The notes under the pieces were generated by a model. It saw nothing but the letters and a program-made list of their open reading frames with translations, had not been told where the DNA came from and made no database searches. Of a stretch of 64,000 nt of DNA, positions 9,938 to 21,212 are shown one piece after another. Every line of letters begins with the position of its first letter. Within the stretch, counting starts at the first letter, position 1. The position numbers were made by a program, and so were the translations under genes. The stretch is taken from the NCBI GenBank assembly GCA_029782365.1, contig JAKOUW010000096.1:298467-362466 (forward strand), in the 5' to 3' direction. Origin of the DNA: Chloroflexota bacterium (GTDB lineage: Bacteria > Chloroflexota > Anaerolineae > Anaerolineales > UBA4823).

Positions 9938-10923
9938 GTGTTTACTGCCTGCCTGGCGGCCAATATGTTCGCTCGTGGCGCAGTGATCTCCATCACACAG
10001 CCAGTGCCCAAGATGAACCTGGTTTCGCCAGCCAATTGAATGGCATCCCTGGCCTCAGCCGTGATGGAAACCGGATTTCCTGTGATTATCCGCTCGCGCT
10101 GCAGTCCTCCGCAAAGGGCACCTTTGAATGATTTCCTGGCTTCCCTCAAATCCGGCGCGGTGTCACGATCATGCCAGTTGATTACCTGAACAGGATAATT
10201 GGCTACCTGCTGGAACATGACATCTTCGCCGTGCAAATGCAGCACGTTCAGCCATAAACTTTTACTTTCCTGAAGAATGTCCAGATCGAATAATTCACTG
10301 AATTCATGAAATTCCGCCTCCGAAAGGATCGCATAGCTGGCATGCTGTAGAGCATAAAAAATCCCGGCGATTCCGGTCTCGCGTGCTGCTTCGATGAACC
10401 GCCTGGTGCTTTCTACAATCACTTTCAAACCTTCAAGCACCGCTTCGGGGTACAGGCGGATATGCGTCACCAATGCATCCTTGCCAACCATGTTCTTTGC
10501 CTGTGCCAAAGGGCTAAAAATCGTTTGGATAACCGGCGCAGGGTCTGGACCTTTTCCTAATTCCTGGTTGATCAAACGCAGGCAAGCCAATTGTTCACCT
10601 AGGACTCCCACGTAGGGATCCAGAGGCCGCAATTTCAACCAACCCTCAGGGTTATTGATCACACTTTTTGAATACTCGCGTGTGCCCTCCGCTGATCCTC
10701 TCCAAATATCTGTCACACCCCAATCTCTGAGACAAAACGACGACGCCGGAGTCACCTTGACAAAGTCAAAATCATATTGGCGTTGAAAGTCAATTGTGGC
10801 GGCTGCCAGGCTCTCTGGTTGTTGATCGTCTACCGGAAAATGCCTCCACAAAGCGACAGGGGTTCGATCCGGCTTGTTTCCACTTAAGCTGGCTCGTAAT
10901 CGCTCAATCTTTGTGTGCGCCAT
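9934..10923 (-). CDS. Uroporphyrinogen decarboxylase (URO-D) family protein, MtaA/CmuA-like rather than canonical HemE
   Basis: URO-D fold features (PVALWRHFP, TIM-barrel-like layout). Start taken at Met13 to avoid overlap with the upstream TPR gene. Confidence 0.55.
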   Translation of the reverse strand: MAHTKIERLRASLSGNKPDRTPVALWRHFPVDDQQPESLAAATIDFQRQYDFDFVKVTPASSFCLRDWGVTDIWRGSAEGTREYSKSVINNPEGWLKLRPLDPYVGVLGEQLACLRLINQELGKGPDPAPVIQTIFSPLAQAKNMVGKDALVTHIRLYPEAVLEGLKVIVESTRRFIEAARETGIAGIFYALQHASYAILSEAEFHEFSELFDLDILQESKSLWLNVLHLHGEDVMFQQVANYPVQVINWHDRDTAPDLREARKSFKGALCGGLQRERIITGNPVSITAEARDAIQLAGETRFILGTGCVMEITAPRANILAARQAVNT

Positions 10924-11315
10924 CAGATTCTCTGCCAGATTTCTTTTTCTAAATCCCAATCACCTTTGGTGAGAAAATTTATTTCTCCCAGGGCAAGCCG
11001 CCTCAGCATATGAGCGGTGACCAGGTTCTCTTGTGGTGTATTATCCAATAAGTCGATCACTTTTCGGAAGGCCTGCTCCGCTTGGCCTTTATCGCCGGAG
11101 GCTTTCGAGATTAATCCTAATGCATACCAGGCGTCAACGCTTTGCGAATCGATCTGGACGGCTTGTTGGATATCATTACTTGCCTTTGGGAACATCCTGC
11201 GAGCATAATATGCCATCGCTCTTTTGAGGAAATCCTCCGCACGAATAGGCGCAGTGATTGTCTCCGGGTCAACAGGGACTGATTTTATTTTTACAAATTT
11301 TTTCTTGTTGTTCAT
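10923..11315 (-). CDS. TPR-repeat protein
   Basis: TPR-like helical repeats (AMAYYARRMF...AWYALGLI). Confidence 0.5.
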   Translation of the reverse strand: MNNKKKFVKIKSVPVDPETITAPIRAEDFLKRAMAYYARRMFPKASNDIQQAVQIDSQSVDAWYALGLISKASGDKGQAEQAFRKVIDLLDNTPQENLVTAHMLRRLALGEINFLTKGDWDLEKEIWQRI

Positions 11316-11347
11316 GATGCCTCTGATATGGTTAAGTCAAATTATGG

Positions 11348-12562
11348 TCAGTGAGTGATTGGATGAATTCCTTCTGATTTTATCAAACGTTGAAGTTCTT
11401 GTTCCTCTTTTTCTTGAGCGGCGAAGAATTCTTCCATAAATGTGGAACGGCGCATGCGCAGAGCCATCGAACAAACTGCGGCCAGGTCGGATAAACTCGT
11501 TTCGTCACGCCCATCCAAAGCGGCGTTTGCCCTGGCGGCCTCGAACAAACTGATTTCGGCGCGCGCCGAATCGATGTGCAAACTGCTGATCATCCGCAGC
11601 CCGACCGCAGCAATGTCGGCAGGCAGACTCACCTGGTGCATTCGGTCGCGAATACCCTGGATTTCCTCCGCTACCGCCTGGTTTTGAGCGGCGTATTCTA
11701 AGCTGATCCTCCTGGGGTTTTCCTGGTATGAACGGACTCTTTCGTAAACTTGGAATCGTTGATCGACGTCGGTCAGTCCGCGTACAACAACCCTCAAGCC
11801 AAACCTGTCCATGATCTGGGGGCGAAGTCGCCCTTCTTCCGGGTTCATTGAGCCAATCAACACAAAGCGCGAACGAAAGTTAACAGCCATTTGACCGCGC
11901 CGCACACTGTATCTTCCCTGCGCCGCCGCGTCTAGAATCGCATCCACAACTTCATTCGAGAGCAGGTTGACTTCATCGATATACAATAAATTTCGGTCTG
12001 CCTGTGCAAGGATGCCTTTATGCAATGATCTGCGCTGACCTGTTACACCTTTCTCTTCGACCTTCCCTAAAACATCATCCAGGCCCGCGTTCAAAGGCAG
12101 TTCGACCAAACGCACTTTATCCAATTGAGTTAATGGCTCACCCATTCCATACTTTTGGGCGCACTCCGGGCAAACTGCATCCATTCCCCCTGTTTCGATA
12201 TCTTCTGGCATACAACCATAATAGCATAAACTGCGGGGTACAGATGGTAACAAATCCGTTAACGACCGCACAGCAGTGGTTTTTCCGGTGCCGCGTGGGC
12301 CGATCAAGAGCACCCCTCCGATGGCAGGATTGACCAAATTCAACAATAATGCCAGTTTCAATTCGGTTTGCCCCACCAACGCCAGGAACGGAAATGGTGT
12401 AATATCTTCTATTCCACTATCTTCCAATTCACTTAGAGTCCAAAGTTCCTTCCGCGAAACTTTGTCAATTAACTCCTTAAGCGAGCGAAAAGGCGCTTCC
12501 CGAGATTGATTCACGGACGTTTCAAATGATTCTGGTGGAGGTTCGCCCGGATTAAGTCCCAT
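11348..12562 (-). CDS. ChlI/BchI-family AAA+ ATPase (Mg-chelatase subunit I-like) with Cys-rich insert
   Basis: FPFLALVGQTELKLALLLNLVNPAIGGVLLIGPRGTGKTT matches the ChlI N-terminus and Walker A. CxxC...CPEC zinc-ribbon-like insert. Confidence 0.75.
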   Translation of the reverse strand: MGLNPGEPPPESFETSVNQSREAPFRSLKELIDKVSRKELWTLSELEDSGIEDITPFPFLALVGQTELKLALLLNLVNPAIGGVLLIGPRGTGKTTAVRSLTDLLPSVPRSLCYYGCMPEDIETGGMDAVCPECAQKYGMGEPLTQLDKVRLVELPLNAGLDDVLGKVEEKGVTGQRRSLHKGILAQADRNLLYIDEVNLLSNEVVDAILDAAAQGRYSVRRGQMAVNFRSRFVLIGSMNPEEGRLRPQIMDRFGLRVVVRGLTDVDQRFQVYERVRSYQENPRRISLEYAAQNQAVAEEIQGIRDRMHQVSLPADIAAVGLRMISSLHIDSARAEISLFEAARANAALDGRDETSLSDLAAVCSMALRMRRSTFMEEFFAAQEKEEQELQRLIKSEGIHPITH

Positions 12563-12565
12563 TTT

Positions 12566-13048
12566 TCACTCAACCCCTGCTTTGGCGTTCTTCAAGCGTT
12601 CAGCCTGGCGTTTTTTTCCCTCTTCAATTCGCTGCTCGTCTTCTTCATTTTCCGCAGCCAACCCAGGGACCGTCGTGGGACTGCCCTTGTCATCCAGCGC
12701 AACGTAAACCAGGTAGGCGGTGTTGGTGTGGGTTCGAACACCTGTGATGGAATTTTCAGCAATGACCTGTACTTCTGCCTCCATCGAAGTTCTACCTGTA
12801 TAACTCACTTCTGCAGTTAAGATCACCAGGTGGCCAATCTGGATAGGAGACCGAAAGACCATGCGGTCCACAGCCACGGTGACAACCCTGCGCTGCGCAT
12901 GGCGCATGCAAGCCAGCGCGCCAGCTTCATCAACCAATTTCATGATCCACCCACCGTGCACATTGCCCTGGGTGTTGGCATGCTCGGGCTGCATGACTTG
13001 CGCCAGGCTGATTCTTGAGGCGGATGGAAATTTCTTTAGCACTTCCAT
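12566..13048 (-). CDS. Acyl-CoA thioesterase (hotdog fold, YciA-like)
   Basis: HANTQGNVHGGWIMKLVDEAG hotdog motif. Confidence 0.75.
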   Translation of the reverse strand: MEVLKKFPSASRISLAQVMQPEHANTQGNVHGGWIMKLVDEAGALACMRHAQRRVVTVAVDRMVFRSPIQIGHLVILTAEVSYTGRTSMEAEVQVIAENSITGVRTHTNTAYLVYVALDDKGSPTTVPGLAAENEEDEQRIEEGKKRQAERLKNAKAGVE

Positions 13049-13051
13049 GAA

Positions 13052-13423
13052 TTAATCCATATCTTCTCGCTCGCCGGTATCCAGTGTGGGCAGTAAATCT
13101 GGGGCATCGTGGAGTACATCGATCACGCCATTCGGAAGCTCGGCCATCAATGGAGCTAAAGGAGATGTGGAAGGTACCTGAATTTTCGAAGGTTTTACAG
13201 GGGGTTTGATGCGTGGCTGGTCAAATCCTTGGGCAATTTTCCGCAGCACGCGCGGACCTTTCTCTAAAAATCCTGCGTATTGGCCGTGAACAGAATAAAC
13301 CTGGCGATCGTCAGTCACCCACCCGATCCACTCACCAGCCAAATTGAACAAATACGGGAAAGCCAGGTAACCCGCCAGTTCGCCGCGCCCTGCATAAACC
13401 GGGTAAACAGCTCTTACCGCCAT
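13052..13423 (-). CDS. Hypothetical protein (short form; the long ORF to 13648 would overlap the upstream PLP-enzyme gene by about 190 nt)
   Basis: ORF only, with no recognisable domain. It is co-oriented with and 3 nt upstream of the thioesterase gene. Confidence 0.3.
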   Translation of the reverse strand: MAVRAVYPVYAGRGELAGYLAFPYLFNLAGEWIGWVTDDRQVYSVHGQYAGFLEKGPRVLRKIAQGFDQPRIKPPVKPSKIQVPSTSPLAPLMAELPNGVIDVLHDAPDLLPTLDTGEREDMD

Positions 13424-13461
13424 AGAATCCAGGTGATTCCCATGGTGTTTATTATACTTGA

Positions 13462-14658
13462 CTAACCAAGCGCCTGTGAAAGGTCTCCAAGAATATCCTG
13501 GATATCTTCGATTCCTGCAGAAAATCGGATCAATCCATCCGGAATGCCAAGTCGAGCCCTTTCTCCAGATGTGAGTGAACGGTGTGAACTGGTCGCTGGG
13601 TGGAGAACCAGGGAATATATATCTCCCAAGGTTGTTGCCGGCAGGCAAATCTTTAACTTTTCCATAAATCGAAATGCTGCTGCCTGGTTGGCGTCCTTAA
13701 TCTCGAAGGAAAGCATGCCGCCAAAACCGGTGCCGCCGAACATCTCTTGGGCAATATTGTGCTGGGGATGGCCGGGAAGTCCTGGATAATTGACTTTGGA
13801 AATTCTTGGGTGAGCCTGCAGCCAGCTCGCTGCCTGCGCTGCATTTTCACACTGCTGCTTCACGCGCAAGGGAAGTGTTTTTATGCCTCTCAGCGCTAAC
13901 CAGGCTTCGAAAGGTCCCAAAGTGCTCCCGACCAACTTGTTTATCTCGTACATTTTATTGCGATTCTCTTTACTGGAAACAACGACACCGGCCATCACAT
14001 CGCCGTGCCCGCCCATGTATTTCGTGGCTGAATGAATCACGAATTCCGCCCCCAGGTCAATCGGCCGCACTAAATAAGGAGTGGCAAAGGTATTGTCCAC
14101 CAAGAATTTTGCGCCAAATTTGTACGCAAGTTCAGCCAACGCTTTCAAATTGGCCACCTTCACCAATGGATTAGATATAGTCTCAACGAGCAGCGCCGCC
14201 GGCCGGTTTTCGGCAATCATTCGCTCAACGCTTTCTAGATTTGTCGCATCGACAAAATGGACCTGCACGCCGAGAGAAGAAAACAAAGAACGCAACAAAG
14301 TAAATGTAGCCCCATAGAGATCGTACGCAGCAACCACCGAAGTTCCAGCGTGCACGCCAGCCGATAACAAAGCGACATGCAGCGCCGCCATGCCGGTGGC
14401 AAAAGCATGCGCCGATTCGCCATTTTCCAGCTCTGCTACAGCCTGTTCAAAGGCAGTGACTGTCGGACTGCCATATCGTGGATAAACATAGCCGCTCTGC
14501 GCCCCTGCAAAAATTGCATCAACATCATCCATGCTTTCATAAAGGTAGCCAACCGACATATGAATCGGTGTTGCCACTGGGGTAAACCTGCCAGTCGCAG
14601 GGCGTTCTCCTGCATGCACTGCGCGGGTAGCCAGTGCAGATTTTTTTTCTTTGGTCAT
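13462..14658 (-). CDS. PLP-dependent trans-sulfuration family enzyme (O-acetylhomoserine sulfhydrylase / cystathionine gamma-synthase-like)
   Basis: SATKYMGGHGDV PLP-lysine motif. ATG at 14658 with GGAGG RBS. Confidence 0.8.
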   Translation of the reverse strand: MTKEKKSALATRAVHAGERPATGRFTPVATPIHMSVGYLYESMDDVDAIFAGAQSGYVYPRYGSPTVTAFEQAVAELENGESAHAFATGMAALHVALLSAGVHAGTSVVAAYDLYGATFTLLRSLFSSLGVQVHFVDATNLESVERMIAENRPAALLVETISNPLVKVANLKALAELAYKFGAKFLVDNTFATPYLVRPIDLGAEFVIHSATKYMGGHGDVMAGVVVSSKENRNKMYEINKLVGSTLGPFEAWLALRGIKTLPLRVKQQCENAAQAASWLQAHPRISKVNYPGLPGHPQHNIAQEMFGGTGFGGMLSFEIKDANQAAAFRFMEKLKICLPATTLGDIYSLVLHPATSSHRSLTSGERARLGIPDGLIRFSAGIEDIQDILGDLSQALG

Positions 14659-14749
14659 GCAGCCTCCGATGTCAGAATGATATTCAAGCAAGCCAAGTAT
14701 AATATAATCTTTATCTACCAATCCAATATTCCCACCAAAGGATAAATCA

Positions 14750-15175
14750 ATGGCGATCTGGTTTCTCTCCTCAGCATTGGAAGATATCGAAAAAATATTT
14801 CAAAACACCTTGGTCGATCACCTGGGTATTGAATTCCTGGAAATTGGCGATGATTTTATCAAAGCCCGCATGCCGGTTGACTCTCGAACCATCCAACCCG
14901 CTGGCATTTTGCACGGCGGCGCTTCCGTCAGCCTGGCGGAGACCATGGGCAGCTTGGCAGCGTTCCTGACGGTCGATCCCCAAAAAAAACGCTGTGTCGG
15001 CCTGGAGATCAATGCGAACCATGTTCGCCAGGTCGCAACCGGTTTTGTTTACGGAATTTGCAAACCACTGCACATTGGGGCGACCACCCAATTATGGGAA
15101 ATCAAAATCAACAACGAACAAGACAAGCTGGTTTGCATCGCCCGTCTGACGATAAGCGTTCTCTCATTGGAGTAA
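14750..15175 (+). CDS. PaaI/YbdB-family hotdog thioesterase
   Basis: LHGGASVSLAETMGS motif typical of the PaaI family. Confidence 0.7.
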   Translation: MAIWFLSSALEDIEKIFQNTLVDHLGIEFLEIGDDFIKARMPVDSRTIQPAGILHGGASVSLAETMGSLAAFLTVDPQKKRCVGLEINANHVRQVATGFVYGICKPLHIGATTQLWEIKINNEQDKLVCIARLTISVLSLE

Positions 15176-15214
15176 ATCGGCAGTCCTGTCTCTTATCGTC
15201 TTTCTTCTTGTATA

Positions 15215-16885
15215 ATGAAATCAAGCATGATTCGCCGCCGCTACCAAACGATTCTGTTCTTCTTTGCTCGCCTGCTGATCGGGTTGGCGTTTTGGGATAT
15301 TTTGTTGCCTCGAATAGGTTTCAAAAGCCTTTCACGCCGTTCTCGACCAGAACGATTGCGCTCCGTTGCAGTGCGGTTTCGCCAGATGGCGATTAAGCTC
15401 GGCGGAGTGATGATCAAAGTGGGCCAGTTCCTCTCAACCCGCGCCGATGTCCTGCCGGTTGAAATCACCAACGAATTAGCTGGATTACAGGACGAAGTTG
15501 CCCCCGAGCGTTTTGAGGACATTCGCCAGGTTGCTGAAGCTGAAATCAATTTACCCCTCGAACAAAAATTTGCTTTCTTTGATCCAAAACCGCTCGCCGC
15601 TGCTTCTCTTGGCCAGGTTCACAGCGCTCGCTTATGGCTGGTAAATGAGGAAATTGCCACAGATGAAGTCCCCGCCAGGCAGGTGTCTGTTGTCGTTAAA
15701 ATTCAGCGGCCCAATATCCAATCGATCATCGAAACTGATTTGGCGGCGTTGCATATTGTCGGCGACTGGTTAATGCGTTATCCGCCGATCCGGAAACGTG
15801 TGGACATCCCGTCTTTATTGACCGAGTTTTCCCGTATTTTGAAAGAAGAGGTCGACTACCTGGCTGAAGGTGTGCACGCTGAGACTTTCGCCGCCAATTT
15901 TGCAGAAATACCCGGTGTACGCGTTCCCCGGGTGGTTTGGTCTCACACCACGAGCCGGGTTTTAACACTTGAGGATGTGGGCGGCATCAAAATAAGCGAT
16001 CTCACAGCTATTCGCTCCGCCAGGATCGATCCGGGTGAAGTATCCAGCCGTTTGATTAATACATATCTAAAACAGATTTTCGACGATGGTTTCTTCCATG
16101 CCGATCCACACCCGGGCAATTTGTTTGTCAACCCTTTGCCCTCAGGTGGATGGGAATTAACTTTCGTGGATTTCGGCATGGTCGGGCGTGTTCCGGCGAA
16201 CACTCGCCTGGCTCTACGAGAAATGTTGGTTGGCGTAGGCACTCAGGATCCGGCGCGCGTGGTAAATTCATATAAAATGCTCGGCCTCCTATTGCCTCAT
16301 GCCGATCTTGAGCTGGTCGAAAAAGCCGAGAGCCGCCTTTTCGAGAAATATTGGGGCAAAAGCATGGGCGAGCTGCGGAATATTGACCCACGCGAATTGA
16401 CCGATCTTGCAAAGGAATTTCGTGAGTTAATTTATTCCCTCCCATTTCAGGTTCCCCACGACATTATTTTCCTGGCGCGTGCTGTGGCGATTCTGTCTGG
16501 CATCTGCACCAGCCTTGATCCCGAATTCAACATCTGGCATCACCTTGCGCCTTATGCAGAAAAGCTCGTTTCTGAAGAAACGATCGGCGCTGGACCAGAA
16601 GTCTGGTTGGGAGAGCTTTCAAGCCTGGCTCAACGCCTGGCATCCTTACCGCGCCGGGCTGAAGGAGTGCTCGACCGGCTCGAGCGGGGCGAAGTCGTTG
16701 TGCGCGATCCGTCTCTGGTTGAACAATTCCGCCAGTTAAAATCTGTTATGGTAAAGATGAGCGCGAGTATCATATTTGCCGCATTTTTTCTTTCAGCCAT
16801 CCAGCTTTACCTCGCTGATCAGCTGGCTCCGGCTATCGTCGTAGGCATTCTAGGGTTTGCTGCACTGGTGGCCGCCGTTCGCTGA
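15215..16885 (+). CDS. ABC1/UbiB-family atypical protein kinase with C-terminal transmembrane segment
   Basis: AASLGQVHSARL ABC1 motif. HADPHPGN catalytic-loop-like motif. Hydrophobic C-terminus. Confidence 0.8.
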   Translation: MKSSMIRRRYQTILFFFARLLIGLAFWDILLPRIGFKSLSRRSRPERLRSVAVRFRQMAIKLGGVMIKVGQFLSTRADVLPVEITNELAGLQDEVAPERFEDIRQVAEAEINLPLEQKFAFFDPKPLAAASLGQVHSARLWLVNEEIATDEVPARQVSVVVKIQRPNIQSIIETDLAALHIVGDWLMRYPPIRKRVDIPSLLTEFSRILKEEVDYLAEGVHAETFAANFAEIPGVRVPRVVWSHTTSRVLTLEDVGGIKISDLTAIRSARIDPGEVSSRLINTYLKQIFDDGFFHADPHPGNLFVNPLPSGGWELTFVDFGMVGRVPANTRLALREMLVGVGTQDPARVVNSYKMLGLLLPHADLELVEKAESRLFEKYWGKSMGELRNIDPRELTDLAKEFRELIYSLPFQVPHDIIFLARAVAILSGICTSLDPEFNIWHHLAPYAEKLVSEETIGAGPEVWLGELSSLAQRLASLPRRAEGVLDRLERGEVVVRDPSLVEQFRQLKSVMVKMSASIIFAAFFLSAIQLYLADQLAPAIVVGILGFAALVAAVR

Positions 16886-17082
16886 GCTGCCTTTTCCCTT
16901 GTAACCTTTCCCTGCCAAAATCATCTAATGGTATGATATGATTAACCCGGAGTACGGGAATACGTCTCCAGGGCTAAATCGAGAGAAAAAAACGGGTCAA
17001 TGCGCATCCATTAAGCTCGCCTGTGGAGTAATTGATCCTTGTTCTTTATCAAGAGATAATGCCCTGGGCGCTTTCGGAGGAT

Positions 17083-18063
17083 ATGATGTCTTTTTCGCTA
17101 TCAGGAATTTCCGCTGCCACATCCAATGGCCCCGCCCGGCACGTGAAAGTACTCATTTTAGGCGCGGGGCCTGCGGGCTTGTCCGCTGCCCTCTACGCCG
17201 CTCGAGCTGAGCTGGCGCCTGTCGTTCTAACTGGCACCCAGTTGGGAGGCCAGGCAGCATTAACCCACACCATCGAAAATTATCCAGGCTTTCCAACTGG
17301 CGTTGGCGGGGCTGACCTCGGCGAATTATTCCAAAAACAAGCCGAACGCTTTGGCGCGCAGATTGAATATGGCTCTGCTTCAGCGGTAGACCTTTCTCAG
17401 CGGCCTTTTAAAGTATCAACCGATTCGGGTGTTTTTCTTGCCGACAGCCTGATTATAGCAACCGGGGCTACGCCTACGCACCTGGAAATTCCCGGTGAAA
17501 TTGAATATACCGGACAGGGAGTTTCCTACTGTGCTACCTGTGATGGCTGGTTCTTCAAAGAAAAGCACGTAATTGTTGTTGGCGGCGGTGATAGCGCCTT
17601 GGAAGAAAGCCTGTTTCTCACTCGCTATGTGAAATCTGTGACCCTCATCCACCGCCGTGATGCGTTCCGGGCGGGCAAAATTCTCCAAAATCGCGTCTTT
17701 GCCGAACCTAAAATCAAGGTTATCTGGAACTCTGTATTGACCTCCTTGATTGGCAATCACAAAGTTGAAACAGCAGTTTTAAAAAACATCCAGACCGGTG
17801 AATCCAGCCAACTGCACATCGATGGCGTTTTTATCTTTGTGGGTCACCGCCCGAACACTGATATATTCAAACCCTGGCTCGAAATGGATGCCAACGGCTA
17901 TATCAAGACAGATAATTTAATGCAAACAAACATATCTGGCGTCTATGTGGCAGGCGAAGCTGGGGACCCTATCTTTCGCCAGGTAATCACATCCGCCGGC
18001 ATGGGTGCGGCCGCAGCCATGCAGGCCATAAAATTTCTGGAAGCCGAAACAATTGAAGCTTGA
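17083..18063 (+). CDS. trxB: Thioredoxin-disulfide reductase
   Basis: FAD motif ILGAGPAGLSAA. Redox-active CATCDG. NADPH motif VVGGGDSALEE. GGAGG RBS before the ATG pair at 17083/17086. Confidence 0.85.
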   Translation: MMSFSLSGISAATSNGPARHVKVLILGAGPAGLSAALYAARAELAPVVLTGTQLGGQAALTHTIENYPGFPTGVGGADLGELFQKQAERFGAQIEYGSASAVDLSQRPFKVSTDSGVFLADSLIIATGATPTHLEIPGEIEYTGQGVSYCATCDGWFFKEKHVIVVGGGDSALEESLFLTRYVKSVTLIHRRDAFRAGKILQNRVFAEPKIKVIWNSVLTSLIGNHKVETAVLKNIQTGESSQLHIDGVFIFVGHRPNTDIFKPWLEMDANGYIKTDNLMQTNISGVYVAGEAGDPIFRQVITSAGMGAAAAMQAIKFLEAETIEA

Positions 18064-18112
18064 AATCAACAAACCTGGCATAACGCATGTCAGGTTTGTT
18101 TCGAATAATTAA

Positions 18113-19066
<954 letters not shown>

Positions 19067-19090
19067 ATCTCGTTACCAAGGAGTTTCCAT

Positions 19091-20395
19091 ATGATTTTGG
19101 CAGATAAAATTTCCGCTCAGCTCCCCAGTTGGCGGGAGCGCACAAAAAAACTGAACAAAGAATTTGGCGAAGTCGTCATCGACAAAGTGACCATTTCTCA
19201 AGCCTTGGGGGGAATGCGCAATATCAAGAGCCTGGTCACGGATATTTCGTATGTTGACCCCGTCGAAGGCATCCGATTTCGTGGCTACACCATCCCCGAA
19301 TTAATTAACAAGCTCCCAAAACTTCGCGGCGCAGAAATGCCTTACGTGGGCGGGTTATATTACTTTCTACTGGTCGGCGAGGTCCCCACACGCGCCCAGG
19401 CAGTTGAAGTGGAAAACGAATGGAAGAAGCGCTCTAAGGTTCCTGCATATATCTTCAAAATGTTAAAAAGTATGCCTGCAGAGACGCACCCAATGACTCT
19501 CTATTCCATGGCAGTATTGGCATTGCAAACACAGTCGGAGTTCGCCCGGCAGTATCACGAAGGTTTAAAGAAAGATGATTTCTGGCTGGCAATGCTCGAA
19601 GATAGCCTGAACCTGACAGCCAAGCTTCCGGAAATCGGCGCCTATATTTATCGCATGAAATACAAAGGCGGCAAAGCGATTAAACCCAAGAAGAATTTAG
19701 ATTGGGGCGCAAATTTTGCTCATATGATGGGCGTCGAAGACCCAACCTACGCGGACTTATCTCGGTTGTACCTGATTATTCACTCCGATCATGAATCGGG
19801 CAATGTATCTGCACACGCCACTCATCTGGTTGGCTCCGCACTCTCCGACATCTATTATGCCACCTCTGCCGGTCTGAACGGCCTGGCTGGCCCTCTGCAT
19901 GGCTTGGCGAACCAGGAATGCCTGGGTTGGTTGTTGGATGTATACAAAAAATTCAATGGCGTCCCATCCAAAGATGAGCTTCGCCAATTCGCCTGGGACA
20001 CGCTGAACAGTGGGCAGGTCATTCCTGGCTACGGACACGCTGTTCTGCGCAAAACAGATCCACGTTTCACTGCCCAGGCTGAGTTTGGCAGCAAACACTT
20101 CCCGAATTCCGACATGTTCCGCCTGGCAATGATGGTCTATGAAGTCGTTCCGCCTGTCCTGGTAGAACAAGGCAAAGCAAAAGACCCATGGCCAAATGTG
20201 GATGCGATTTCTGGTTCTCTCCAGTATCACTATGGTGTGAAGGAATTTGATTTCTACACGGTTATGTTCGGTATCAGCCGTCTGCTTGGCGTCTCTGCAA
20301 ACGCTGTTTGGGCGCGTGCGCTTGGACAACCAATCGAAAGACCAAAATCCCTGACCACCGCGATGCTCGAAGCCGAGGCCGCGAAGGCCAAGTGA
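19091..20395 (+). CDS. gltA: Citrate synthase
   Basis: HSDHESGNVSAHATHLVGSALSD and LHGLANQE citrate synthase signatures. Confidence 0.85.
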   Translation: MILADKISAQLPSWRERTKKLNKEFGEVVIDKVTISQALGGMRNIKSLVTDISYVDPVEGIRFRGYTIPELINKLPKLRGAEMPYVGGLYYFLLVGEVPTRAQAVEVENEWKKRSKVPAYIFKMLKSMPAETHPMTLYSMAVLALQTQSEFARQYHEGLKKDDFWLAMLEDSLNLTAKLPEIGAYIYRMKYKGGKAIKPKKNLDWGANFAHMMGVEDPTYADLSRLYLIIHSDHESGNVSAHATHLVGSALSDIYYATSAGLNGLAGPLHGLANQECLGWLLDVYKKFNGVPSKDELRQFAWDTLNSGQVIPGYGHAVLRKTDPRFTAQAEFGSKHFPNSDMFRLAMMVYEVVPPVLVEQGKAKDPWPNVDAISGSLQYHYGVKEFDFYTVMFGISRLLGVSANAVWARALGQPIERPKSLTTAMLEAEAAKAK

Positions 20396-20400
20396 GACAA

Positions 20401-20440
20401 AGAAGGCGGAGGTGCGAGAAAACCTCCGCCTTCTTTATTC
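20401..20440. terminator. Bidirectional rho-independent terminator between citrate synthase and the convergent HD-domain gene
   Basis: AGAAGGCGGAGG-loop-CCTCCGCCTTCT followed by TTTATT. Confidence 0.7.
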
Positions 20441-21094
20441 CATGCGCCGCCTCAACGATTCAAGAGCAGCTTGTTTATTTTGATCAAAATACCGGCGCGC
20501 GGATTCGGTATGGTACCGATGGGTGTCCAAAAGCTTCAGCTCAATATTCAGCCACTCTCCATCGCTGAATGGAAGGCCAAATTCTGCCATTTCCATTCTC
20601 AAGTCGGTGCCGCGTTTCCAGAAAATGTCCACCCCTAATCCCAATGTAGCCAGGTCGGCGTCCTGCAGCACAGCTTCAGTGCCATTTTGGGGGGAAACCG
20701 AAACGCGCGTCGCCAGAATCAGGTCACACACCTTAATAATATCTCCTGGCTCGTATCCGAAGTCAGGAAGCACCTTCCTCGCAATTTCAGCGCCAAATTC
20801 CTCATGCCTGGAGCCCAGGGCATAAAATTCCGGATTGCACTGTGTGATGCGTATCCAACCGGTATCATGAAAATAGGCCGCTGTCATCAACAAGTCAAGC
20901 TCCCGGCCGTGAATTCCTTCTGAGTCAGCCAGTTTTTCGGTCCACGGCACAACTTCATCCTGGGTGTGTTCCCGGCTGTGATAATGCAGTTGAGGCAGCA
21001 AATTCTCGCTGAGCATGGTGAGTGCATACTTTCCTGCCTGGCGAGTATTCAATCGTTTCATACCGTTCTGTCCTCGCGGCATTATATCATCCAC
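20435..21094 (-). CDS. HD-domain phosphohydrolase. Start uncertain: Met1 at 21094 or Met12 at 21061.
   Basis: H...HD...H...D metal-binding pattern (HYHSREHTQDEV, YFHDTGW). Confidence 0.65.
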   Translation of the reverse strand: MDDIMPRGQNGMKRLNTRQAGKYALTMLSENLLPQLHYHSREHTQDEVVPWTEKLADSEGIHGRELDLLMTAAYFHDTGWIRITQCNPEFYALGSRHEEFGAEIARKVLPDFGYEPGDIIKVCDLILATRVSVSPQNGTEAVLQDADLATLGLGVDIFWKRGTDLRMEMAEFGLPFSDGEWLNIELKLLDTHRYHTESARRYFDQNKQAALESLRRRME

Positions 21095-21139
21095 GCGCGA
21101 ACTGGCCCTTTTCTGGGAATAATTTCACATCTTTGCCTT

Positions 21140-21166
21140 TTGAAAAAATTATATATAATGTATAAT
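21140..21166 (+). promoter_or_regulatory. AT-rich putative promoter region (TTGAAA ... TATAAT) in the divergent HD/GntR intergenic region
   Basis: Hexamers present but spacing is suboptimal (about 15 nt). Confidence 0.25.
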
Positions 21167-21212
21167 ATTTCCGTCTGGAGATTCTCACTCCAGGCTGCCC
21201 CTCTAATAACCT

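Noticed and set aside
13052-13648. Full-length 198-aa minus-strand ORF
   Set aside because: Its 5' 190 nt overlap the well-supported PLP-enzyme gene (13462-14658) on the same strand in another frame. Only the shorter form from Met76 (13423) is plausible, and even that has low confidence.
16886-17082. 197-nt intergenic region upstream of trxB inspected for a tRNA or riboswitch
   Set aside because: No cloverleaf-compatible sequence or T-loop consensus. Only a short CCCGGAGTACGGG hairpin. No recognisable riboswitch core.
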